Part shown: piece after piece, positions 30,614 to 39,589 of the stretch
How the letters are laid out: each line of letters opens with the position of its first letter
Numbering within the stretch: the first letter of the stretch is position 1
NCBI GenBank assembly: GCA_963827235.1
Contig: CAWHAE010000009.1
Span: 1,120,001 to 1,184,000 of the forward strand
Direction of reading: 5' to 3'
Length of the DNA: 64,000 nt
Source: an uncultured bacterium
GTDB taxonomy: Bacteria > Chloroflexota > UBA5177 > JANWHV01
The notes under the pieces: model-generated
The model's input: only the letters and a program-made list of their open reading frames with translations
The model's database searches: none
Told to the model about the DNA's origin: nothing
Program-made: the position numbers and the translations under genes

Positions 30614-32004
30614 TGCCGAAGCAGGACCCGGGTGTACGCTGCCGCAACTTCGACGAGGTCGCACTGGGCTACAGCCGCGAGCAAGCGACGGCCGAGGCCT
30701 CACGGTGCTTGACCTGCGCGAGAGCCCGGTGCGTCCAGGGGTGTCCGGTTGGGGTCGATATCCCAGGATTCGTCGCGGAGATCAAACGGGGCGATCTTGC
30801 ACGGGCCGCCTGCATCGTACGAGATAAGAACATACTGGCCGCGGTGTGCGGCCGCGTCTGCCCTCAGGAGAGCCAGTGCGAGCGCGCGTGCGCGCTCGGC
30901 AAGAAGAGCGAGCCCCTCGCCATCGGCGCGCTGGAGCGCTTCGTCGCGGACTGGGCGGCGCTTCAGCCAAGGGCCGGGTGCGCCCTGCGCAGCCGGCTAC
31001 CGTTCCGCGCCGCAATTGTGGGCTCCGGACCCTCCGGCCTGGCCTGCGCCGCCGAGCTGGCAACCGGCGGCTGTTCCGTGACCATCTTCGAAGCCCTGCA
31101 CGAGGTGGGCGGCGTCCTGCAATATGGAATCCCGCAGTTTCGACTTCCCAAGGAGATCGTTGACCGCGAGGTGGAGTACGTGCGGCAACTGGGCGTGCAG
31201 ATCGAGACCAACGTGCTGGTCGGCAGGACCGTAACCCTCGACGAGCTGTTCCGGAACGGTTTCGACACCGTCTTCATCGGCACGGGAGCCGGTCTGCCGA
31301 GCTTCCTCCAGATACCGGGCGAGAATCTCTGCGGCGTCTACTCGGCCAACGAATTCCTCACGAGAGTGAACTTGATGAAGGCGTATCGGTTCCCGGAATT
31401 CGACACGCCGGTGCATGCCGGGCGCAGCGTGGCCGTGATCGGGGGTGGAAATGTCGCCATGGATGCCGCCAGGACGGCGCTTCGGCTCGGCGCGGATCGT
31501 GTATCTGTCGTCTACCGTCGTTCGCGCGCGGAGCTGCCGGCGCGCCGTGAGGAGATCGAGAACGCCGAGGAAGAGGGTGTCACCATGCGGCTGCTCACCA
31601 GCCCGCGGCGAATCACCGGCAGCTCGCTCGGCGAGGTGGCGGCACTGGAGTGCATCGGCATGGAGCTGGGCGATCCCGACGCTTCCGGCCGCCGCCGTCC
31701 CGTCCCGATCCCAGGCGCGGTGCTCGATCTACCGGTGGACACCGTCATCGTGGCGATCGGTCAAGGGCCGAGCCCCATCCTGTTGCGTAGCACCGGCGGC
31801 CTGGCGCTGAACGAGCGAGGATACATCCAGGCGAACCAGACGACGCTCGAGACGAGCATTGCCGGCGTGTTCGCCGGTGGAGACATCGTGACCGGTGCCG
31901 CCACGGTAATTGCCGCGATGGGTGCGGGCAAGCTGGCGGCCCAGCACATGCTGGAATACTGCCGGTCCCTGCACAGCGGGAGCACGGCAGCCCGAGGCGC
32001 ATAG
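30598..32004 (+). CDS. nfnB: NfnB/SudA (GltD-like homotetrameric glutamate synthase family)
   Basis: EASRCLTC....C...CP, CGRVCPQE.QCE, GSGPSG, YGIP.FRL, GGGNVAMD. Confidence 0.88.
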   Translation: MPRQLMPKQDPGVRCRNFDEVALGYSREQATAEASRCLTCARARCVQGCPVGVDIPGFVAEIKRGDLARAACIVRDKNILAAVCGRVCPQESQCERACALGKKSEPLAIGALERFVADWAALQPRAGCALRSRLPFRAAIVGSGPSGLACAAELATGGCSVTIFEALHEVGGVLQYGIPQFRLPKEIVDREVEYVRQLGVQIETNVLVGRTVTLDELFRNGFDTVFIGTGAGLPSFLQIPGENLCGVYSANEFLTRVNLMKAYRFPEFDTPVHAGRSVAVIGGGNVAMDAARTALRLGADRVSVVYRRSRAELPARREEIENAEEEGVTMRLLTSPRRITGSSLGEVAALECIGMELGDPDASGRRRPVPIPGAVLDLPVDTVIVAIGQGPSPILLRSTGGLALNERGYIQANQTTLETSIAGVFAGGDIVTGAATVIAAMGAGKLAAQHMLEYCRSLHSGSTAARGA

Positions 32005-32195
32005 ATCGAGTCAAACGGCTGCCGCCACACCAGCGGGATCCGGGACGGTGGGCGGCGGGACGGCGACTGCGGTATTTCGGTAGTTCGGCAGTATCGGCGG
32101 CCGGCCAGTGCGTGCGCTTATAGCCAGGAAGCGATGGGCGCTACTGAGGTCCGTCTCCCCGATCCGTGTTCCTGAGCCCGCCCGCTACCGCCCGA

Positions 32196-32966
32196 TCAGC
32201 CGGCGTCCGCAAAGGTCGTCAGCAGAGGATAGTGATCGGACGCTGCTTCCGCCTCCGTGGGCGTCAGTATGGTGGATTCCTTGGCGAGCGGCGCCAGCTC
32301 GGGCCCGGCGAAGATGTAGTCGACCCGCCGAGGCGAGCTGCCCAGGAGCGTGGTAGGAGCGGCCACCTGGGGGTTGAGCCGTCGCCAGGTATCTACCATA
32401 CCGGCTGCCAGGATCTGCTCCACTACTCCGCCGGCTATCGCGGCACAGAAGTCCGCCGGCAATTGGGCGCGGCGCGGATCGGATAGGTCGCCCTCACCCG
32501 GCGCCCAGGCATTAAAGTCGCCCAGGGCGCAAAACCGTCCCGTGGCGCGCTCGAGCAGGCCGCGGAGCTGCTGCGCCTCGCGCTGCTTGGCCAGCGAGTC
32601 GGGCGCACCGGGGCGGGCGCGGAAGTGGACCACGAAGAACCCAACCGGCCGTCCGTCCGGCGGACGTACCCAGACTTCGAGCACGGGCCGGAACATCACC
32701 TCGACATCGCCTGGATGCACGTCGACCCGAACGATCGGCCAGCGTGAGAACACTGCGAGGTGCTCCGGCGCGGGCGGTGACTCCGGCTCGTTGGCGTGTC
32801 CCAGGACCACGGGCATGTCGAGCTCGTGAGACATCTCCAGCAGGCCGGAGACGTCGTCGACTTCCTGGCAGGCGAGCACGTCGGGTCGGGCCTCGCGAAT
32901 GACGGCGAGGAGCGCCGCAGTGCGATCGCCGGGCGCGTGCAGCATGTTGTAGGTCATCACTCGCAT
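32196..32966 (-). CDS. Endonuclease/exonuclease/phosphatase (EEP) family protein
   Basis: MTYN, CQEV, GDFN, RVDYIF, SDHYP; SD AAAGGA. Confidence 0.9.
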   Translation of the reverse strand: MRVMTYNMLHAPGDRTAALLAVIREARPDVLACQEVDDVSGLLEMSHELDMPVVLGHANEPESPPAPEHLAVFSRWPIVRVDVHPGDVEVMFRPVLEVWVRPPDGRPVGFFVVHFRARPGAPDSLAKQREAQQLRGLLERATGRFCALGDFNAWAPGEGDLSDPRRAQLPADFCAAIAGGVVEQILAAGMVDTWRRLNPQVAAPTTLLGSSPRRVDYIFAGPELAPLAKESTILTPTEAEAASDHYPLLTTFADAG

Positions 32967-32998
32967 GTTCTGCTTCCTTTCCTGTGGGGGGTCGGCGA

Positions 32999-33856
32999 CT
33001 AGCGCAGCCCGGTCAGGCTGATGCCTTCGATGAACGAGCGCTGGAGAACGAAGAAGAGAACGAATATCGGCGCGCAGAATAGAATTGCCGCGGCCATGAG
33101 CAGGTTCCACTGCGCGTTGTTGGCGCTCAAGAATTGCTGCAGGCCGACGCCAAGCGTCCACAGGTCCTGCGAATTAAGGTAGAGCAGCGGGCCGAAGAAG
33201 TCCTTCCAGGTATCCACGGAGACGAACAGCGCTACCGCGGTCAGCGCCGCTTTGCTCAGGGGCGTGATCACGCGGAGCAGAATGGTCAGATCGCCGGCGC
33301 CGTCGAGGCGCGCCGCTTCCGACAGCTCCTGCGGGATGCCGAGAAAGAATTGGCGAAGCAGAAATATGTAGAAAGGACTGCCGAGAAAGGACGGCACGAT
33401 CAGCGGCAGGAACGTGCCAAGCCAATGCAGATCGCGGAACGTGATGTAGACGGGAATCAGCGTGACCTGCGCCGGCAGCAGGATACTGGCGAACATGATG
33501 AAGAACACGACGTCGCGCCCACGCCAGTGCAGACGAGCGAAGGCGTAGGCCGCCAGCGGGCTGGAGAAGAGCACGCCGCAGACGTTGGCCACGCAGAGGA
33601 TGAGCGTGTTGCGCAGATAGGTGAAGAACGGAATGGTACCGAAGACGTCGCGGTAGTTCTGCCAGCGAGGTGAACCCGGTATCCAGGACGACGAGGCGGC
33701 GAACACCTCGCTCGACGTCTTGAGCGACGTGGTGAGCATCCAGAAGAACGGCAGAAGGAAGACCAGGCAGAGCAGGATAAGGGCACCGTGGCGGAGCAGA
33801 TGCCCGGGGCCGGGGTTCCGGCGCGCGGTGTAGAAGTGAAGAGGCAGGTAGGTCAC
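32999..33856 (-). CDS. Carbohydrate (CUT1) ABC transporter permease
   Basis: EAARLDGA motif; MalG-like. Confidence 0.93.
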   Translation of the reverse strand: MTYLPLHFYTARRNPGPGHLLRHGALILLCLVFLLPFFWMLTTSLKTSSEVFAASSSWIPGSPRWQNYRDVFGTIPFFTYLRNTLILCVANVCGVLFSSPLAAYAFARLHWRGRDVVFFIMFASILLPAQVTLIPVYITFRDLHWLGTFLPLIVPSFLGSPFYIFLLRQFFLGIPQELSEAARLDGAGDLTILLRVITPLSKAALTAVALFVSVDTWKDFFGPLLYLNSQDLWTLGVGLQQFLSANNAQWNLLMAAAILFCAPIFVLFFVLQRSFIEGISLTGLR

Positions 33857-34812
33857 CGCAGGCGCCCTTCGTAGAAGACCCACTCGCGCGAAGTCAGGAA
33901 GAGGATGGCGCTCAGTGCCACCACGATGAGGAAGAGAATCCAGGCAAGGGCCGAGGCGTAGCCCATGTGCAGGTAGCCGAAAGCAACCTGGTAGAGATAG
34001 AGGGGATAGAACAGTAGCGACCCCTCGGGCGACCCTATGCCGTCCGTGTTGTTGATGCCCAGGCTGATGATGTAGCCCTGCGTGAAGTAGCCGAACATGC
34101 CAATGGCGGAGGTGAGCACGTTGAAGAAGAGGACCGGCGTGATCTGCGGCAGGGTGACGTGCCGGAATCGGCCCCAGCCCGATGCACCGTCGATAGCAGC
34201 CGCCTCGTAGAGATGGCGCGGGACCTGGCGTAAGCCGGCCAGGAAGATCACCATCGTGTTACCGCACGTCCAGACTTCGATCACCAGGATGCCCGGTTTT
34301 GACCACAGCGGGCTGGTGAACCAGCCGGGGCCGGTTATGCCGACCTGAGCCAGGAGTGCGTTGAGCAGTCCGCCCTGGGGATTCAGCACCCAGAGCCAGA
34401 GCAGCGCCGAAGCGACGGGCGGCACCATGACCGGCAGATAGAACACCGCCCGATAGATGCCCAGGCCGGGCAGCGGACGATCGAGGAGCATGGCAAGGCC
34501 AAGACTGGTGAGCGTGACCAACGGGACGCCGACCACCACCATATAGAGGGTATTGCCCAGCGCCTGCGTGAAGAACGGATCGTTGCCGAAGAGGGTACGG
34601 TAATTGTCCAGACCAACCCAGCGGGCTGGCGTCATCAGGTTGTAGGAGGTGAAGCTGTTGTAGCAGGTCAACACCAACGGTATGAGGGTGAAGGCGGCGA
34701 AACCAATCAGCCACGGCAGCAGGAACAAGAATGGGACGCCGGCTCGTCGAAGCGGGCGCCACCGCCCGGCCCGAGCGGCCGGGTGGTGGCGCACCAACGT
34801 GGTGACTGCCAT
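33853..34812 (-). CDS. Carbohydrate (CUT1) ABC transporter permease
   Basis: WVGLDNY, LYEAAAIDGA, HVTLP; MalF-like. Confidence 0.93.
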   Translation of the reverse strand: MAVTTLVRHHPAARAGRWRPLRRAGVPFLFLLPWLIGFAAFTLIPLVLTCYNSFTSYNLMTPARWVGLDNYRTLFGNDPFFTQALGNTLYMVVVGVPLVTLTSLGLAMLLDRPLPGLGIYRAVFYLPVMVPPVASALLWLWVLNPQGGLLNALLAQVGITGPGWFTSPLWSKPGILVIEVWTCGNTMVIFLAGLRQVPRHLYEAAAIDGASGWGRFRHVTLPQITPVLFFNVLTSAIGMFGYFTQGYIISLGINNTDGIGSPEGSLLFYPLYLYQVAFGYLHMGYASALAWILFLIVVALSAILFLTSREWVFYEGRLR

Positions 34813-34818
34813 GCGCAG

Positions 34819-36129
34819 CTAGCTCGTATGGGCCTGCTGCAGCGCCTGCGCGAGTTGCGGCTGGATCTGGCTCTGCACGCCGGCGAGACCCGCCTGCACC
34901 GTGGCATGACCGTGGATGATCTTGTCGACTGCCGAGTTCATGGCATCGATGTACTCCAGGCTGACGGGCACGGAAGGCCAGGGAATGATGTTGGCCCCGG
35001 CGCTGTAGCGCCAGAACGCTGCCATGGTCTTCGAGGGCGCCAGCGACGGATTGTCGACGATTGACTTGAGTTGCGGCACGGCCTGCATGTCGGCCACGTA
35101 GTACTTCTGCACGGTGAGCTGCGTGCCCGTGGTCTCCAGCCACTCCATCAGGTCCCACGATGCTTGCGGGTCGCTGGTGCCGCGGGGCAGGACCAAGGGG
35201 TTGCCGCCCACTGAGCCCAGATTGGCCGCCGAGGCATGCCCATCGGCATACGGGATAGGCGCCACGTCGTAGGAGAGCGAGGGCGCATACTGTGCAAGCG
35301 TGGGCTGCAGGTATTCGCCAGCCACTTCCATCGCTACCTTGCCCTTGACGAAGGGATCCAGGGCCGTGGCGTAGCCGCCCACCGACGAGTTGAAGCGATC
35401 CACTTTGTCGGGACCAAAGGTCTTGTAGTAGTCGGCCAGCCATTGCACGCCCGCCATGGCGCCGGAGTCGAGCGGCGTGATCTTGGAGTCGTCGCTATTG
35501 GCATAGCGCCCGCCGTAGGCGAGGCCCCAAATGCCGCGGAAGAAGGTGGGCGCCAAGCCCATCTGCGTGTAGAGACCGTTGGAGCCCGTGACCGTGAGCT
35601 TCCGCGCGTCGCTCGCCAGCTCGCTGAGCGTGAGCGGCGGCCGGCTGATGCCTGCGCCGGCCAGGAGCGTCTTGTTGTAGTACAGCATGTAGGTGTCTTC
35701 GAGAAACGGCATGGCATATTGCCGTCCGAAGGCCGACACCGAGGACAGCGCGGCATGGGTGAAGTCGGAGAGGTTCAGGTGGCCTTTCGTGATGTACGGG
35801 GTGAGGTCGAGCGCCGCTCCGCTCGCGGCGAGCGAGCCGACATAATACGTGGTACCCAGCATGGCGACGTCGGGCGGGCTACCGGCGGTGACACTGGCGA
35901 CGAACTTGTCTTCCTGGACGGAGGAGACGACCTTCCAGTGAACTGAAGGATGCGTGCGATTGTATTCGGAGATAAGCCCATTGAACGCGGTGACGACCGG
36001 TGTGTCGGACCAGTTCAGCCAGATGGAGAGCTCTTCGGGGCTGCCGGCATGCGCGCGGGGCGTGCAAATCGCCGCCACGAGGATGCCCGCGCCCAACGCT
36101 CGTGTGCTCGCCTTGAACCAAGTGGACAT
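34819..36129 (-). CDS. ABC transporter substrate-binding protein (family 1)
   Basis: Signal peptide, PPDVA, LYYNK.LL, F..GKVAM. Confidence 0.9.
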   Translation of the reverse strand: MSTWFKASTRALGAGILVAAICTPRAHAGSPEELSIWLNWSDTPVVTAFNGLISEYNRTHPSVHWKVVSSVQEDKFVASVTAGSPPDVAMLGTTYYVGSLAASGAALDLTPYITKGHLNLSDFTHAALSSVSAFGRQYAMPFLEDTYMLYYNKTLLAGAGISRPPLTLSELASDARKLTVTGSNGLYTQMGLAPTFFRGIWGLAYGGRYANSDDSKITPLDSGAMAGVQWLADYYKTFGPDKVDRFNSSVGGYATALDPFVKGKVAMEVAGEYLQPTLAQYAPSLSYDVAPIPYADGHASAANLGSVGGNPLVLPRGTSDPQASWDLMEWLETTGTQLTVQKYYVADMQAVPQLKSIVDNPSLAPSKTMAAFWRYSAGANIIPWPSVPVSLEYIDAMNSAVDKIIHGHATVQAGLAGVQSQIQPQLAQALQQAHTS

Positions 36130-36187
36130 AGGTATTTCCCTTGCTTCCTGCTCAGCGTCAAAAACCCAGCCAGAAGGATCCGAAGGG

Positions 36188-36253
36188 AGAATACCAATCG
36201 CGAGTTAAGAGCCAATGAAGGCCCGGTTAAGCGCTGGTTAATAGCGAGTTAAG
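36188..36253 (-). promoter_or_regulatory. Pho-box-like array of 11-bp direct repeats plus extended -10
   Basis: Plus-strand GTTAA (TTAAC on the minus strand) at 36204, 36226, 36237 and 36248, with a degenerate copy at 36215. TGgTATTCT -10 lies 10 bp downstream. Confidence 0.7.
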
Positions 36254-36394
36254 TGTCGAAGACCCGCGGTGCGCCCACGATTCCGGATGCGCGGCACCCC
36301 CTGCGGCCGCTAGTCTCGACGACGCACGGCCTGCGGCAGCGACAGGGTCGCAGCCGATGAGCCCCCCGGATTGAGAGAAGAACGCGGCTGGGAT

Positions 36395-36991
36395 TCAGGC
36401 GTGGGTGCCCGGTAGGTCTCGCGCGCCGGAGACGGTGAGCAGCAGCACCTCGGCGAAGGCGTCGTGCAACGCGGCCAGCCGATGGGGAACGCTGGAGTCG
36501 AAGTGTGCGACATCGCCGACATTGAGCACGTGGGTTTGGTCGCCGAGCTGGAGCTGCAAGGTGCCGCCAAGCACGTACAGCCACTCCTCGCCCTCGTGCT
36601 CGTACCGTTCCGCGCCCTGCCGCAGCAGGGGTACTCTCACGCGGGCGGCCTGGAGGCGGCGATGCCGGCTGCTCGTCAGCGAGGTGTAGAGCAAGTCGTT
36701 GACGTTCTTCTCAGGCACGCTGCCGGCGCGCACTATGACCTGGGTGTGTCGCGCGGGGGCGATGGCGAGCAGCTCCGAGACGGAGACTTCGAGCACACGG
36801 GCCAGGGTGAACAGGGTGGCCAGTGAAGGCTGGCGCTCGCCGCTCTCGATGCGCGAGAGGTGGGCCTGGGAGAGCGAGCTGCGCGCCGCCAGATCGCCCA
36901 GCGTCCACTCGCGCTCGGTCCGCAGCTCCTTCAAGCGGGTGCCGAGCGTGGCCAGCGCGCGCTCATCCTCGACGTTCAGACTCATCGCCAT
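36395..36991 (-). CDS. XRE-family HTH regulator with cupin domain
   Basis: LGTRLKELR..., LSRIESGERQPSL, HEGEEWLYVL.G, PHRL. Confidence 0.9.
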   Translation of the reverse strand: MAMSLNVEDERALATLGTRLKELRTEREWTLGDLAARSSLSQAHLSRIESGERQPSLATLFTLARVLEVSVSELLAIAPARHTQVIVRAGSVPEKNVNDLLYTSLTSSRHRRLQAARVRVPLLRQGAERYEHEGEEWLYVLGGTLQLQLGDQTHVLNVGDVAHFDSSVPHRLAALHDAFAEVLLLTVSGARDLPGTHA

Positions 36992-37191
36992 GTGCACTTT
37001 CCCCACCGCGAGCGGATCAGAGCTAGTCCCGTAGATCATATCCGCAGCGAAGCCATGCGAGAAACCCTCTCCGGTGGTCGCCGATCCCGCCGTACTGGTC
37101 GGCACGCCGTGCTCTGTGGGAGCATGACGGTAGCGCGCCGTCAGGGCGTGTTCGTCGCACTGCTCAGCCGGGAGAGGAAAGAATACCGCCG

Positions 37192-38088
37192 ATGGCACAG
37201 CGATTCGAGCCGCTCGCCCACGGCCTCTGGGGCGTGCTTGCCACGCCGTTCCGTGGCGAGCACCTTGAGGTCGATACCGCATCGCTCGCACGCATTGCCG
37301 CGCACTACCGCCGCGCAGGCGTCAGGGGCCTCGTCGCCCTGGGCATCATGGGAGAGGCGGCGCGGCTGGACTCCGCGGAGCGGCGGCTGGTCGTGGAGAC
37401 CGTCGTGACGGCGGCCTGCAATCTGCCGGTGGTGGCCGGCATGGGCTTCACGGCCTCCGCCCCCGCCGCCGAGGAGGCTCGCGCCCTTGCGGCGGTCGGG
37501 GCACACGCCGTCATGGTGCTGGTTCCTTCGCCCGATCAGCGCGTGGCGGCGGACCACTTCCGGAGCATAGCCGCCGCTTCCGGCATCGGCATCGTCGCCC
37601 AGGATTATCCGGTGGCCACGGGCGTGGCCATCACGCCGCCGGCTCTGGCCGAGGCGAGTCAACAGGCCGGCGTGGTGGTCGGCTTCAAGCTCGAGGCAAC
37701 TCCCACGTCGGCCTCGGTGGCCGCGCTCACGGCCGAGACGGATCTGCCGGTGTTCGGCGGCCTGGGTGGCATCGGTCTGCTGGACGAGCTGATAAGCGGT
37801 GCCGCCGGGGCCTTCACCGGCTTTTCGGTGCCGGAAGCCATCGTTGCGGCGCTCGTCGCCTGGGAGGACGGCGGATACGCCGCAGCACGAGAACGTTTGC
37901 TGCCCTGGTTGCCCCTCATGTTGTGCGAGGCTCAGGAGAAAGTGAACGTCGCGGTGCGCAAGGAGATCCTGCGGCGGCGCGGCATCATTGCGGAGGCGTG
38001 CGTTCGCCCGCCGGGATGGCCACTACCGGCCGCGATCGGCGCCGCCCTGGATGCGCATCTTTCCGCCCTGACGCTGCCACCGGTCTGA
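37192..38088 (+). CDS. Dihydrodipicolinate synthase (DapA)-like class I aldolase
   Basis: ATPF, LGIMGE, QDYP..TG, GFKLE. Confidence 0.85.
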   Translation: MAQRFEPLAHGLWGVLATPFRGEHLEVDTASLARIAAHYRRAGVRGLVALGIMGEAARLDSAERRLVVETVVTAACNLPVVAGMGFTASAPAAEEARALAAVGAHAVMVLVPSPDQRVAADHFRSIAAASGIGIVAQDYPVATGVAITPPALAEASQQAGVVVGFKLEATPTSASVAALTAETDLPVFGGLGGIGLLDELISGAAGAFTGFSVPEAIVAALVAWEDGGYAAARERLLPWLPLMLCEAQEKVNVAVRKEILRRRGIIAEACVRPPGWPLPAAIGAALDAHLSALTLPPV

Positions 38089-38097
38089 GGCCACACC

Positions 38098-38754
38098 TCA
38101 GGCGCGAGGTGATGTGGGCCCTTCGGCGCTCGACGCCGACACTGCACGGGCGGGCGAGGGATCGGCGGACGCACCCCGGATCGAGGGAATGTAGTAGGAA
38201 CCGCCGGCGCAGGCGCGGCAGAGCACCACACCATCGCGCACGATTTCGCGCTGATTGATGATTTCCTCGCCGCAGATCCGGCAATCGACGCGAAGGTGGG
38301 GCTTGCTGACGATCGCGGCGATCGATGGAGTCAACCTGACGTCCTGGCAGGCCAGCAGCAGGTCGTCAGGCATTTGCTGGTAGCCGACCAGCTGCATCTG
38401 CCAACGGGCCTGGGCCTCGGCGGCATAGTGCGCGGCCAGCTCCCTGGCCGCCGCACGGGGCACGATACGAAGCGCCCTCTCGGTCTCCGTATCCACGAAG
38501 GTGGCCGCCACCTTGCCGTAGTCCTCTATCCGGAGCGTGCGATGCCCGACGGTGCATCCGCTCGCCACGGAGACGCCGTCCGCGGTGCAGCCGTCGGTCT
38601 CCAGAATGACGAGCAGGCGCTTGCCGGTCTGAGGCAGGTCGATGGCGAGCAGCCGGCCGGCGAGCAGCGCCATGCGTGCTCCCAGCACCTGCTTGGGGCA
38701 GAGGTGGTCGTGGCGCGCGGCGCTGGCTTCCAGGATCGCGGCGAGTGTGTGCAT
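38098..38754 (-). CDS. FmdE family protein with C-terminal C4 zinc finger
   Basis: HDHLCP, ETDGC.ADG, GCTVG, CRICGE...CRAC. Confidence 0.88.
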   Translation of the reverse strand: MHTLAAILEASAARHDHLCPKQVLGARMALLAGRLLAIDLPQTGKRLLVILETDGCTADGVSVASGCTVGHRTLRIEDYGKVAATFVDTETERALRIVPRAAARELAAHYAAEAQARWQMQLVGYQQMPDDLLLACQDVRLTPSIAAIVSKPHLRVDCRICGEEIINQREIVRDGVVLCRACAGGSYYIPSIRGASADPSPARAVSASSAEGPTSPRA

Positions 38755-38787
38755 CTCTCTGCTGATGGTAGACGTGATGCGAGAGAA

Positions 38788-38813
38788 GGAGAAGGGCCGA
38801 AAGCCCTTTCTCC
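38788..38813 (-). terminator. Stem-loop (terminator or attenuator)
   Basis: Minus strand GGAGAAAGGGC-TTTCG-GCCCTTCTCC followed by TTCTCTC. Confidence 0.55.
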
Positions 38814-38923
38814 TCCGCTCATCGGCTTGCCAAGGGAGCAGAAGTTCAGTGCATCAGCTCGACCGCTGCGGTCTTGATGGCAAGGCTCTGCCGCGTCGGC
38901 CTCTGTCGGTGCGCCGTGCGGCC

Positions 38924-39589
38924 TCACGGGTCCGCCATCTCGATCTGATCCAGGCTGACCAGCCCACGTTTCAGCGCGTAGATAGCGACCTGTGTCCGAT
39001 GTGCAAGCTGTAGCTTGGTGAGGATGTTCGCGACGTGCGTCTTCACGGTCTCGTTGCTTACCACGAGCAGCTCGGCGATTTCGCGGTTGGTGCGGCCCAG
39101 CACGAGCTGGCGCAACACCTCCTGCTCGCGGTCGGTCAGCTCGGTGCCGGGCGTGCTGTCTTTGCCTGCTTCCTGCAATACTGCGGCCGCTGCTGCTGCA
39201 TCGAGCAGCGACTGGCCGCGCGAGGCGGCACGCACTGAAGCCAGCAGCACTTCGGGGTCCGCGTCCTTCCGCACGTAGCCGATGGCGCCTGCGCGGAGAG
39301 CGGCGACCACCCGCGGCGCATCCGTGTAGCTGGTTAGCGCTACGACCTGGACTGACGGGTGTGCTGCGCGGGCCCTCCTGGTGGTCTCGATGCCGTCGAT
39401 GCCGCCGGGCATCAGCAGGTCCATGACGACCACGTCGGGAGCCCAGGAAGCGAGCGCGCGCAGCACCTCCTCGCCCGAGGAGGCCTCGCCGACTACTTCG
39501 AGGTCCGGAAAGGACTCCAGGTAGCTGCGCAGTCCACGCCTCACGACCCTGTGATCATCGACGAGCGCAACGCGAATTCGCGCACTCAC
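38924..39589 (-). CDS. NarL/LiaR-family response regulator
   Basis: VDDH, MDLLMP, LTS, K, LTDRE..., TVKTHV.NIL.KL. Confidence 0.95.
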   Translation of the reverse strand: MSARIRVALVDDHRVVRRGLRSYLESFPDLEVVGEASSGEEVLRALASWAPDVVVMDLLMPGGIDGIETTRRARAAHPSVQVVALTSYTDAPRVVAALRAGAIGYVRKDADPEVLLASVRAASRGQSLLDAAAAAAVLQEAGKDSTPGTELTDREQEVLRQLVLGRTNREIAELLVVSNETVKTHVANILTKLQLAHRTQVAIYALKRGLVSLDQIEMADP

